Positions 50,185-59,827 of a stretch of DNA of 64,000 bases are shown here, piece by piece (the stretch's first letter is position 1; each line of letters starts with the position of its first letter). The notes under the pieces are model-generated. The model worked only from the letters and a program-made list of their open reading frames with translations. It made no database searches and was not told the DNA's origin. This stretch comes from Spirochaetia bacterium (GTDB lineage: Bacteria; Spirochaetota; Spirochaetia; SZUA-6; Bin103), in contig OZ241863.1 in assembly GCA_965203055.1 (NCBI GenBank), positions 800,001-864,000 on the forward strand. Reading direction: 5' to 3'. The position numbers were made by a program, and so were the translations under genes.

Positions 50185-50602
50185 GTTCCGTATCCTTCGC
50201 CATCAGGAAACGGTAGAGAGCTTCCATGCAGCATAGGTAGCGTTCCGCGACATCCTCAATAACGCGGTTGGCGGCCGAAGCGTCATAGGTATGGGACATT
50301 TTGTTGCGAGCGTCGAGCGCATCCATCCACGTCGGTCCATGCTCGGTAAGTTTGGCCTCGTAAGCCTTTCTGATGACGGCTCGAGGCGTGATTTGATCGA
50401 ACGCCACTCCCTCATGTTCCAGATAGTCCTTCATGGCCTTCCACGCCAGCTCCATGGCAACCTCGAATCTCTGAATCGCGCCTTCTTTCTCCAATTGATT
50501 CAGGCCGAACTCGTTCCTTTTGTCCATCGCCTCTCGCAGCAGTATCAGGGCGTTCTTGTAGCTGGCAAACCGATACTTCCAACGCGGCGTGGCATCGGCC
50601 AT
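50177..50602 (-). CDS. HEPN / HI0074-family protein (HepT-like toxin)
   Basis: IQRFE...ELAWK..KDYL and RNKMSHTYD (RX4HXY); overlaps the MNT gene. Confidence 0.88.
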   Translation of the reverse strand: MADATPRWKYRFASYKNALILLREAMDKRNEFGLNQLEKEGAIQRFEVAMELAWKAMKDYLEHEGVAFDQITPRAVIRKAYEAKLTEHGPTWMDALDARNKMSHTYDASAANRVIEDVAERYLCCMEALYRFLMAKDTEHG

Positions 50603-50607
50603 TGGTC

Positions 50608-52581
50608 TCACCTGCCGAGGATTGCGGTGAGCAGTCCGGCGGTCTCCTGTTCGACCGACAGGATGTCGGCGCGGATTTCTTCCAGGGTGCGCGCCGGCGG
50701 CGGCCGGTAGAAGTAGCGGGTGAAGCTGATCTCGTAGCCGATCTTCACGCTGTCGGCCCGGTACCAAGCGTCGGCCGCGTAGGGCAGCACCTCGCGCCGC
50801 AGGAAGGCGTCGATGCCGCCGGCCTCCTGCAGCGGGACCTGTTCGGTGTCGCGCAGGTCGGGGTCGGGTTCGTACTCGACCACCGCCGGCCGGCCCTTGA
50901 CGGTGGCCGCGAACCGGCCGCGCAGCGGGTCGGCGGCCGTGCCCCGCCGGTGAATCTTCCGGATCACCGGCGGCGCGCTCGCGCTGCGTTCGCCGCTCTC
51001 CTTCAGCTTCCTGATCTCGGCGGCCCGGTAGGCGCGGTCGGGGTCGGCGCCGGCGATGCGCAACGGGCGCTCGACCGTCACCTTTCGGTAGCCGAAGGCG
51101 GCGTTGTCGAAGATACGGCTCCGCTCGCTCTCCTCGAACGCCAGGAACGTGTCGCAGATGCGGGCGATGTCCTCCTCGCCTAGCTCGCACGTCTTCTTGC
51201 CCAGGTTCTTGCGCAACGGCCGGTGCCAACCGGTGGCGTCGATCAGCTGCACCTTGCCGCGCCGGCGCTCCGCCTTGCGGTTGCCGAGCACCCACACGTA
51301 GGTGGCGATGCCGGTGTTGTAGAACAGGTTGAGCGGCAGCGCGACGATCGCCTCCAGCCAGTCGTGCTCGATGATCCAGCGGCGGATGTTGCTCTCGCCC
51401 TGCCCGGCGTCGCCGGTGAACAGCGAGCTGCCGTTGTGCACCTCGGCGATGCGGCTGCCGAGCGGGGTGCCGCGCTTCATCTTGGCGAGCTTGTTGGCCA
51501 GGAACAGCATTTGCCCGTCGCTGGAGCGGGTCACCAGCGAGTACTCGGCATCGCCGCCGTGCTCGATCACCAAGCGCGGGTCGCTCATGCCGCCCTTGCC
51601 GCCCATGCGCTCCAGATCGGTCTTCCAGCTCTTGCCGTACGGCGGATTGGAGAGCATGAAGTCGAACTCGTGGGCCGGAAAGGCGTCGTTCGACAGCGTG
51701 GAGTGCTCGGGACCGCCGACGATGTTGTCGGCCGCCTCGCCTTCACCCTTCAGCAGCAGGTCGGCCTTGCAGATGGCGTAGGTCTCGGCGTTGATCTCCT
51801 GCCCGTACAGGTGGGTGGAGACCTCTTTGCCGTGCTCGGCGGCAAGCTGCCGCAGCGTCTCCTCGGCCACGGTCAGCATGCCGCCGGTGCCGCAGGCGCC
51901 GTCGTACAGCAGATAGGTGCCGGAGGTGATGCGGTCGGCGACCGGCAGGAAGATCAGCCTGGCCATCAGCGTCACGGCGTCGCGCGGCGTCCAGTGCTCG
52001 CCCGCCTCCTCGTTGTTCTCCTCGTTGAAGCGGCGCACCAGCTCCTCGAAGATGGTGCCCATGCCGTGGTTGTCGAGGCCGGGCTGCTCGACCGAGCCGT
52101 CGTCGCGGCGCACCGGGGCGGGGCTCAGGTTGACGTCGGAGGCGGTGAGCTTCTCGATCAGCGTGCCGAGCGCGTCGGCGCGTGACAGGCGCGGGATCTG
52201 GTTGCGGAACTCGAAGTTGTCGAGGATGTCCTGCACGTTGGGCGAGAACCCGTCGAGCCACGCCTCGAAGTCGGCGGTGAGTTGCCGGCGGTTGGCGCGG
52301 GCGCGCAGGTCGCGCAACGAGAACGGCGAGGTGTTGTAGAACCCCTGCCCGGCGGCTTGGCGCAACGCCGCGTCCTGCTCGATCACGCCGGCGGCGTCGA
52401 GGGCGGCCTTCATGTCCAGCACCGCCTGCTTGCTGTCCTCCAGCACCGCGTCGAGGCGGCGCAGCACGGTCATCGGCAGGATCACGTCGCGGTACTTGCC
52501 GCGCACGTACAGGTCGCGCAGCACGTCGTCGGCGATGCCCCAGATGTAGTTCGCAATCCAGTTCAGGTCGCCGTTGCTCAT
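50608..52581 (-). CDS. hsdM: Type I R-M methyltransferase subunit (N6-adenine)
   Basis: IWGIADDVLRD, GEHWTPR, YDGACGTGGML and NPPY. Confidence 0.96.
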   Translation of the reverse strand: MSNGDLNWIANYIWGIADDVLRDLYVRGKYRDVILPMTVLRRLDAVLEDSKQAVLDMKAALDAAGVIEQDAALRQAAGQGFYNTSPFSLRDLRARANRRQLTADFEAWLDGFSPNVQDILDNFEFRNQIPRLSRADALGTLIEKLTASDVNLSPAPVRRDDGSVEQPGLDNHGMGTIFEELVRRFNEENNEEAGEHWTPRDAVTLMARLIFLPVADRITSGTYLLYDGACGTGGMLTVAEETLRQLAAEHGKEVSTHLYGQEINAETYAICKADLLLKGEGEAADNIVGGPEHSTLSNDAFPAHEFDFMLSNPPYGKSWKTDLERMGGKGGMSDPRLVIEHGGDAEYSLVTRSSDGQMLFLANKLAKMKRGTPLGSRIAEVHNGSSLFTGDAGQGESNIRRWIIEHDWLEAIVALPLNLFYNTGIATYVWVLGNRKAERRRGKVQLIDATGWHRPLRKNLGKKTCELGEEDIARICDTFLAFEESERSRIFDNAAFGYRKVTVERPLRIAGADPDRAYRAAEIRKLKESGERSASAPPVIRKIHRRGTAADPLRGRFAATVKGRPAVVEYEPDPDLRDTEQVPLQEAGGIDAFLRREVLPYAADAWYRADSVKIGYEISFTRYFYRPPPARTLEEIRADILSVEQETAGLLTAILGR

Positions 52582-52585
52582 TGAC

Positions 52586-54331
52586 CTACGCCGCTTCGCA
52601 ATGCACCAGCTCCCAGCCGTGGAAGACCAGCGCCAGTCCGATGAAGCGCACGCCCGGGTACTGCCGCGCCAAGCGCTCGTCCGCCAGATAGCGCGCCAAC
52701 TGCGCGTGCGCCTGCTCGGCCGCGGCCGCGACCGCCGCCTGATCGACCGTCGCAGAGCGTTTGAAGTACTTGAGCTCGAGCAGGTAGCCGAGCCGCAGGT
52801 GCGGGTAGCGGGCCACGAGCGGTTCCAGCGCGATGTCGGCATGCCCCTTGCCCAGCTCCGCCTCCGAGCGGAACTCGTAGTAGTTGGTCACGCTCAGGTA
52901 GGCGCCCAGGAACCCCTGGATCACCTTCTCCCCGGCGATATAGTCCCGAATGCCCGTCTGCCGCGCGATCGCCTCGCTCAGATACTCGAACACCGGCCGC
53001 CACTCGCCTTCGTTCGCCATCCGGATCAGCAACTGCTCGACGCGAAACAGGTTGACCGAGAAGACATCCACGTCGCGGTAGCCGTCGCGCAGAAAGCCGT
53101 ACATCAGCCGCTTCACGGTCTGGTTGGGAATCGCCAGCCGCGGTATGTCCTGCGTCACGCCGCGGATGCTCAACAGCCCGAAGAAGTGCAGCAGCGAGAG
53201 GAAGTTTTCCGGCTCGGCAAGCCGCTCCAGCGGAAAGCTGGGCTGGATCTGGGTGGTGACCTGCTCCTCCCCGATCACGTCCCGCAGCCGATCGAAGTTG
53301 CCGTTCAAGCGCCGGCCGACCACCAGCAGGTGGCGCAGCTTGCCGTAGTCGATGCGCACGTTGGTGTCGATCAGGTACCTGGGCACCTGCCGGTTGGGGA
53401 TGGAGTGGTCCAGATAGTAGAGCACCATGTCGGAGTTGTAGAGGTCGGTGGCCGCTTCCTCGGAGAAGCGGTAGCCGTTGTACCATTCGCCCATGATGCC
53501 CAGCGCGGTCTCGACATCCTGGTTGAAGACGCCCAGGTCGCGGTAGGTCTCCACCAGATGCCGCACCTCCGCCGCGGTGAAGCCGACCATCTCGTTGAAG
53601 TCCGGTTCCAGGCTGATGTTCTTGCCGATGTTGAAGCCGCTGGTGACGTCGTCCATGGTGACCGGCGACACGCCGGTGATGAACAGGCGTTCGAGGCCGC
53701 CGCCGGCGCGGTCGGCGCCGCCCTTGAGGGCGGCGAAGAAGTTGCGGTAGAAGCCGCCGCCGTGGGTAAAGGAGTGGTACGCCTCGGCGCCGTGGTAGGC
53801 CAGCACGGTGTTGGCGAAGTTGTCGTACTCGTCGATCAGCACGTACAGCGGGATGTCGTGGTCGCCCGCGTACCGGAACAGCGCGGAAAGCCGCTCGGCG
53901 ATGGACGGCGGCGCGAGGATGCGCTGCAATGCCGCTTCGGGAAACAGGTCGGGATGCCGTTCCAGCGTCCCCCGCAGTTCGATGAAGCAGTAGCCTTCGA
54001 AGCGCTGTTCGAGCGTTTCGAGCTTGTCGTCGACCATCGAGAAGTTGAAGCGCAGGGTGACGTAGCGGCTGCGTTCCTCGGTCGGGCTGCGCCCGATGTC
54101 GGTGCCGGCGAACGTGGCGTCGAAGCGGTCGGCCCAGAAGCGGTCGTAGTAGCACTCCAGCAGCGCCACCCACAGCGACTTGCCGAAGCGGCGCGGGCGG
54201 ATCAGGAAGGCGTAGCGCTTCTGCTCCAGGCGCCGCAGGAAGCGGGTCTTGTCGACGTACAGCCACCGGTTCAAGCGGATGCGGCTGAATGACGCCTCGC
54301 CGTAGGGAATGCGCGGGTAGTCGGGGACCAT
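52586..54331 (-). CDS. AAA-ATPase-like domain + PD-(D/E)XK nuclease (PDDEXK_9-type) fusion
   Basis: YVDKT, RPRRFGKSL, LIDEYD, FITGV, YNGY.F, IPN and G.ADI...ELKY. Alternative start 54379. Confidence 0.9.
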   Translation of the reverse strand: MVPDYPRIPYGEASFSRIRLNRWLYVDKTRFLRRLEQKRYAFLIRPRRFGKSLWVALLECYYDRFWADRFDATFAGTDIGRSPTEERSRYVTLRFNFSMVDDKLETLEQRFEGYCFIELRGTLERHPDLFPEAALQRILAPPSIAERLSALFRYAGDHDIPLYVLIDEYDNFANTVLAYHGAEAYHSFTHGGGFYRNFFAALKGGADRAGGGLERLFITGVSPVTMDDVTSGFNIGKNISLEPDFNEMVGFTAAEVRHLVETYRDLGVFNQDVETALGIMGEWYNGYRFSEEAATDLYNSDMVLYYLDHSIPNRQVPRYLIDTNVRIDYGKLRHLLVVGRRLNGNFDRLRDVIGEEQVTTQIQPSFPLERLAEPENFLSLLHFFGLLSIRGVTQDIPRLAIPNQTVKRLMYGFLRDGYRDVDVFSVNLFRVEQLLIRMANEGEWRPVFEYLSEAIARQTGIRDYIAGEKVIQGFLGAYLSVTNYYEFRSEAELGKGHADIALEPLVARYPHLRLGYLLELKYFKRSATVDQAAVAAAAEQAHAQLARYLADERLARQYPGVRFIGLALVFHGWELVHCEAA

Positions 54332-54393
54332 GGTCACTGCTACCGCCGGAACGCATCGCCTCGGGCCGAAATCGGTCATCTCAATCCCGCAAT

Positions 54394-57300
54394 CTACAGT
54401 GTAACCGCTTCATAAAGTAACCGCTCCGCTCTGTGTACGCGCGCTCTCTTCAAAATAAATTTTTCGACATGTTGTGACATCTCAAGTAATTCTCTCTCCG
54501 AGAGCTCTCTCATAGTAGAGTCCTGAGATAGCCCAAGTGAGTTCCACGATGTTCCAAGGACAATTCCGCTCGCTTCGGATAGAATGCTTCGGTCATGTAT
54601 CGGTGATTTCCCAGAGGTCTCCAGTCCTACGACAACAATTTCGGCTTTCGGTGGAGTCTGGTCAGAGATGGTCTTCCATCCAGATCTGTAGGATTCAGAC
54701 AGCGACCTGATCGCACTTCGTTGATGACAATGTCGGCTGGTAAGCACAGTTATCTCAATATCTGGAACCGCTGATTGTATCAACATAAGTAGCTTTAGAT
54801 CAGTCGGTCGAAAATACTGATCACAAATGTAAAGATGACCGGAAGCCGATCGCCGCAACCACCGACTCAAAAAATCCTCCGCACGCCTTCTTTCACCGCT
54901 CCGTATGACCAAAGTCCCGTCGCTCGGTGTTACACGTAACGCTGACGCAGGTCGTCGGACGTTGATTGAAGCGCTTGTGGCCGCTAGTTCCACCAACTCT
55001 GTAGCGCTCATTGTGCCCTCAAAAATCAAGCGAATCACGGAACGAGAATCGCGAGACCCGGAGGACCGGCGTGCCACATTTTCAATGGCCCAAGCCAGAA
55101 TCGGAAACCCGTCCCGAAGCGCACACCGTCCGGCATACCGCAGCGCCGGCCTGAGTTGGTCCATAGCCAAAGTAGTCATTCGTCCAGCATTTAGAGAGCC
55201 AAGAGCAAGCCAGGCCGAACTAGGTAGATCTGGATAACCTGACTCCGATCCTTCCCATGATTCCAGTCCATCGACAATCGCTTTCTTTTTGCGCAAAATA
55301 TCCACGCGACGTTTCATCTCCTCACGAGCCATCGTACGGGCCGGATCGTCGTCCATAAGTGGAACAAGTGAAGCAGCGAAGTCCGCATCGATCTTAAAGG
55401 CCGTGTCTATTATCTCTCTGGTAATACGGCCTCCTGAGCTATCCCCAGCAGATTGGAATCCGGTGATGGCCTCTCTAAGACATTCTCGCGCAAGACGTGG
55501 GCTCCTCCGAACCATCATCCCTGCCAAATCGTTCAACCGCGCGAGTCGATCATAATTACAAGGGATCGCCCGAGCGTCCTCGATCGCATCTTCAAACAAC
55601 GACTCGACACGGTCCGACATCGAAGCCGGAAGTATCTTGCCGATTATGGCCGCTACATATGAACTGTCGGATTTGTTCGGAATGCGCTTTGCACGGTCTA
55701 TGGCTGTGTCCCACGATTTTCTAGGAGCCCGTACAATTCTGAGAAGCTGTGCGTCACTTGCGATCTTGAAACCGTCATGTTGGATATTGTCTTGATCTGG
55801 AAACTTCCGACCAGCAATCTCATTTATCATACTAACGAGGCGCGCCTGCTGCTGCCGAGAAAACCTGTTATTCGGGCCCTTGGACACAAGCGTATCTGCA
55901 AGCGCCACGATCAATGAATACACCAAACTATCGAGGTGAATCTCGCCTGCGAGTTCGGCTACGTCAATAGCATCCTGAAATGTGATCGAATAACCGCTCT
56001 CGTGTTCCTCGTATGGATCCGATGGAATGTGTTTCCCGAGTGTAAATTTGGCGCACGTCATAAGCGCGGAGTCTCTGTCGTGGCTCTCCAACGCACTAAA
56101 GGACTGCATTGCCGTAGTTTTGTGACTCCGAAACAGTGCTGGTGAAACAGCTATGATAGTGCTGCTCTTTGTCGGCCCTTCGGGTATTGAGTCTAACAGC
56201 GGCGTAACGTGTTCATATACTATTCGGTCGCCCTCATCAGAACGAGATTTTAGGTATAAGTGCATAGCTAGTTCGCCCCAAAGTTGGGCCTGCATAGAAG
56301 TATTGGGAAGTCGCTCTATTAGCTCTCCCAATCTTGATATGTCATTCTCGGCATCATACCCGTGACCGAGCTGGCCTGCGAAAGCGCGCATTGAAAGCCG
56401 CAGACACGCTTGAAAGGTCCACTCAGACGAGAAAGAAGATAGCGCCATCGTTCTGCGACTTTCGTCTGCGTCGCGGAGATATTCTTTTGCTTGTGCCGGA
56501 AGCCAGTTCGCAAATGCGCGAGCGAGACGAAATCGCACGTCGATTTCGATCCAACCGGAATCGAGATCGTTAAGTGTACGTTTGATCTGGCGAGATAGAT
56601 CGGTCTGTATATCTTCTGCATATATACCCTTTTCTGACAACGCATAGAGCAAACATAGCACGCGACACTTTTCTGTCGGACCAGAAACGGAGAAAAAGAC
56701 GTCACGGAATATCTCAAATCCACGCTCTGCAACGGAGGTCTTCCCCTCCGAAGCCTCTCGCACCAGATACTCGGCAACCGAAGCGGCGGCATGATCTCGA
56801 GAGTCGGACATATGGAGTAGTCCACACGCGTTACGAACAGCACTAAGGTCAACGCGTACCGTCTCGTTTTCCAGCGTGGCGTCTATCGCAAGTAGTCGAG
56901 CCTCCTCGCGACGGGATAACGTGTTTAGACGCCCTGCAAGAGCAAAGGCTTGATTCGGGTCGAAGGAGGCAAGCGCGTCTATGACTCTACGAGTAACATC
57001 GACTTGATACGCAGTATGTGCCAATAAGTCCGAAATTGATGCATTCATCGCTTCAATAGAAAGAGACTTTAGATGTTCTCTATCCTCAATTTCTCCGGAC
57101 GAGTCGATTGTCTGTAATGTCGATAGTAGCCAAGCAAAGCAACTCGATTTCGTCGAACTATCTATCAACTCGTCAATCGTCAGATAGACCTCTACTAGTC
57201 GGTTAGCACACGCTTCCTTATCGTATAGCGATTCTGCGAACGCGAGGTTCAACTGCATCCTCACTGCTTCTTCCGTCGGTCCTTGATCCTCAACAGTTGT

Positions 57301-59301
57301 ACGCTGTCCGTCGAACGATCTCACCAAAGATCTCGCCATCACCGAGTCTTCTACATGTGTCAATGAGGTTGAGAGCTCTCGAAGAACCCGCACGTTAGGG
57401 GCGTAATCAGTAGCCTCGACGATAGTCTCTAGCCCATACGCCGCTACGTCTACTGCATCGCCTCTCTTAGAATGCTCTAGAGACCACTTTCTCAAAACGT
57501 ACAGTTTGTCGGAGGTGGTCTCTAGTCTCTTAGCCTCCGCAATGACTTCCGCCGCTGTTTGAACGTTGCCGAACAGAGTAGAAGTATATCCTCGCAACTT
57601 TGGATCCTTGATACGTTTCCTAATTTTCTCAAGGTCGTCTTTATCATCATTTAGCCTGATTTGGCGTACCGCGGTCGCTATCGACAGTCGCAAGTACGCT
57701 ATATCCAGTTCGTTCTCGTGGTCGTTTTCTTGAGAACTGCGTTCAATCAACTTGATCGATAGATCCGGGAAACAAGGAAAAAGGTCAGCCGCAATGTCGA
57801 TCGCTTTATCATTAAACCCTAATGTGTTAACTTGGCCAAAAAGTAGCTTAATTTGATCTACAATATCGTCGCTAACTGGCATTCCTAATTCCTTCTCGCA
57901 ACGAGCTATTACTGCAAGCAGATGAAGCCGATCCTCTCGTAGTGGACAGTTGGCCGCAAGCGACAGGGCCTTTTCAATCTGATCAGTGGTAACTAACGCT
58001 TCGACCTCAGAACGGGATACTTGTGAGGTCTCGATCTCCCTGATCGCGCTACTTCCCAATCCGAAGCGTATGAGAGAACCATCATCACGACGCTGAGTAG
58101 ATACGTCTATACCAATCCGGAATTGTTTCCGAAGAGGAGCAAAAGACTCGGCCTTCTTCAAAGCATTTGAAAAATAGTCTGGTGAGAGAAAGGAAATAAC
58201 CTCCTTGGATCGACCTGACTCCTGAAGGTAAGTGGGAAGGCGATCGGCAGCATCGCTGCCTCCCGTGTCCAAAAGATGACCAACAAGCTTACCGATGACG
58301 TCTCCCTTACGATTCGACAACCTGTTGACCGCAAAGTCTGCGAAAGTGTGAGAGATAAACGACACATAGGAGGCGCTATCCAGTTGAAGAAATGGTATGT
58401 TTCGTAATCGTGACAAAAGCGACCTATCGTCAGATTTCAGAATTGCCGAAAGAGAATCAATAGTCAATCGGTGGCGCGAATGCGCAATTATCGCTACCAT
58501 TTCCTCAGAACGTTCGTCGGTTACGGCGTTCCGCCACTCCTGTTCAAAGAGACCTTTAATGCTCAGGCCTTGTAGATGCTCAAGGTCTATACCAGCAAGC
58601 AAGCTGCGCCGAATGCTTGACAGATTGGCAGGCACACCTTTTCTACACTCCTGGTAGACCTGCTTGACATCAGCGTCGGTTAGACTGAGATCGACTAGAT
58701 ACTGACGGACTTCCATCAGCGAAAAGTTGACAGTCTGAATGATCTTCGTTCGTCGACTGTTCGCAAGTCGAGATGGAAGCGACTTAGCCTCGCCAGATAC
58801 GATCACCGGGAAGCCTTGACCAATCGGGAGAAGGTTGGTAACTTCGCTCATTATAACGTCGTCGGTGATGTCCGTTAGTCCATCCAAGAGGAAGTAGTAA
58901 GTTGCGGCTCCTCGACGACGTTTGAGATTGTGGATGATTCTTTGCAGGACACCGTCTCCTGCTCGTTCTGGTGTGGATGATTTTCTTGGTTCCAATATAG
59001 ACAGTATCTGCGCAGTATAGTCGCGTATTAGCGTGGAATGGTCATAGTTATAGCGTGGATCAGGTGTAACGAACGAAGAAATCGATCTCGTCGGATAACG
59101 TCTTGCAAATTGCGATAGAAGTGTTGTCTTGCCGGTACCCTGGTCTCCTTCAAGTACAAGTAAATCAACCGGTCCAGAGAACATTCTTTCAAATGTGTCG
59201 AGTAGGTGATCGCGGTCAATTTCACAATCGGGCTGATTTGGAAATGTAGCGCACAATTCATGGAGCTTCGGTTGTTGAACCATCTGGTAGTCGTGCATCA
59301 T
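54394..59301 (-). CDS. 1635-aa N-terminal P-loop NTPase (STAND/NACHT-like) + helical repeats + C-terminal PLD-like domain
   Basis: Walker A GDQGTGKT and Walker B FLLDGL. C-terminal ICDQYF, IHDR and LGTSWNSLG. Visibly AT-richer than flanks. Confidence 0.7.
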   Translation of the reverse strand: MMHDYQMVQQPKLHELCATFPNQPDCEIDRDHLLDTFERMFSGPVDLLVLEGDQGTGKTTLLSQFARRYPTRSISSFVTPDPRYNYDHSTLIRDYTAQILSILEPRKSSTPERAGDGVLQRIIHNLKRRRGAATYYFLLDGLTDITDDVIMSEVTNLLPIGQGFPVIVSGEAKSLPSRLANSRRTKIIQTVNFSLMEVRQYLVDLSLTDADVKQVYQECRKGVPANLSSIRRSLLAGIDLEHLQGLSIKGLFEQEWRNAVTDERSEEMVAIIAHSRHRLTIDSLSAILKSDDRSLLSRLRNIPFLQLDSASYVSFISHTFADFAVNRLSNRKGDVIGKLVGHLLDTGGSDAADRLPTYLQESGRSKEVISFLSPDYFSNALKKAESFAPLRKQFRIGIDVSTQRRDDGSLIRFGLGSSAIREIETSQVSRSEVEALVTTDQIEKALSLAANCPLREDRLHLLAVIARCEKELGMPVSDDIVDQIKLLFGQVNTLGFNDKAIDIAADLFPCFPDLSIKLIERSSQENDHENELDIAYLRLSIATAVRQIRLNDDKDDLEKIRKRIKDPKLRGYTSTLFGNVQTAAEVIAEAKRLETTSDKLYVLRKWSLEHSKRGDAVDVAAYGLETIVEATDYAPNVRVLRELSTSLTHVEDSVMARSLVRSFDGQRTTVEDQGPTEEAVRMQLNLAFAESLYDKEACANRLVEVYLTIDELIDSSTKSSCFAWLLSTLQTIDSSGEIEDREHLKSLSIEAMNASISDLLAHTAYQVDVTRRVIDALASFDPNQAFALAGRLNTLSRREEARLLAIDATLENETVRVDLSAVRNACGLLHMSDSRDHAAASVAEYLVREASEGKTSVAERGFEIFRDVFFSVSGPTEKCRVLCLLYALSEKGIYAEDIQTDLSRQIKRTLNDLDSGWIEIDVRFRLARAFANWLPAQAKEYLRDADESRRTMALSSFSSEWTFQACLRLSMRAFAGQLGHGYDAENDISRLGELIERLPNTSMQAQLWGELAMHLYLKSRSDEGDRIVYEHVTPLLDSIPEGPTKSSTIIAVSPALFRSHKTTAMQSFSALESHDRDSALMTCAKFTLGKHIPSDPYEEHESGYSITFQDAIDVAELAGEIHLDSLVYSLIVALADTLVSKGPNNRFSRQQQARLVSMINEIAGRKFPDQDNIQHDGFKIASDAQLLRIVRAPRKSWDTAIDRAKRIPNKSDSSYVAAIIGKILPASMSDRVESLFEDAIEDARAIPCNYDRLARLNDLAGMMVRRSPRLARECLREAITGFQSAGDSSGGRITREIIDTAFKIDADFAASLVPLMDDDPARTMAREEMKRRVDILRKKKAIVDGLESWEGSESGYPDLPSSAWLALGSLNAGRMTTLAMDQLRPALRYAGRCALRDGFPILAWAIENVARRSSGSRDSRSVIRLIFEGTMSATELVELAATSASINVRRPASALRVTPSDGTLVIRSGERRRAEDFLSRWLRRSASGHLYICDQYFRPTDLKLLMLIQSAVPDIEITVLTSRHCHQRSAIRSLSESYRSGWKTISDQTPPKAEIVVVGLETSGKSPIHDRSILSEASGIVLGTSWNSLGLSQDSTMRELSERELLEMSQHVEKFILKRARVHRAERLLYEAVTL

Positions 59302-59827
59302 CTTTCTCTTGTTAGGGCCTTGCGATTATGTAAGTCGCCCAATATCCACATTCTACGGAACAAGACCGCCATGCCAGGATCGGAGTGTGGCTATTCGGCA
59401 CAGAGTCTGCCATTGAATCTGCGAATCTGAGGGTCGGCTATCCGCGGCGGCGGTACGGGGAGGTGGAATCCACGCAGGTGCGGCAATCGAAGCACCGATA
59501 CAGCGCACTATATGTACTGTCACGTACTGCCCGCTCCTCGTCCAGGTATAGCAACGAGTCCCGCTCCGTCAACGGCGGCGGCGGTCGGTAACGGTACGCT
59601 GTCTGGCTGCGTGCGCCACGCAAACCCACTCCGGAAGGGGGGCTATCATCGCGACCGGCGAGGTCCGATCGAGAACGGTCACCGACTCTCCCGCCCGCAC
59701 CCCGGCGCAACTCAGCGCTCAGCGTGGCCTTGAGGCTGGCGGTGGTGATGGTACGCATGTGACCATTACATGACCAACAGGTGATCCACGTCAAGCGGCA
59801 GGTGTGCTCCTGTCCCTGCCGGCGCAG

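Noticed and set aside
54381..59429. Direct repeats (TCAATCCCGCAATCT / TGAATCTGCGAATCT) as att sites around the large NTPase gene
   Set aside because: Only 10 of 15 positions match and no recombinase is nearby.
59302..59827. Small ORFs or the hicA 5' half left of the ISKra4 element
   Set aside because: No HicA-like or other recognisable sequence in the frames examined.
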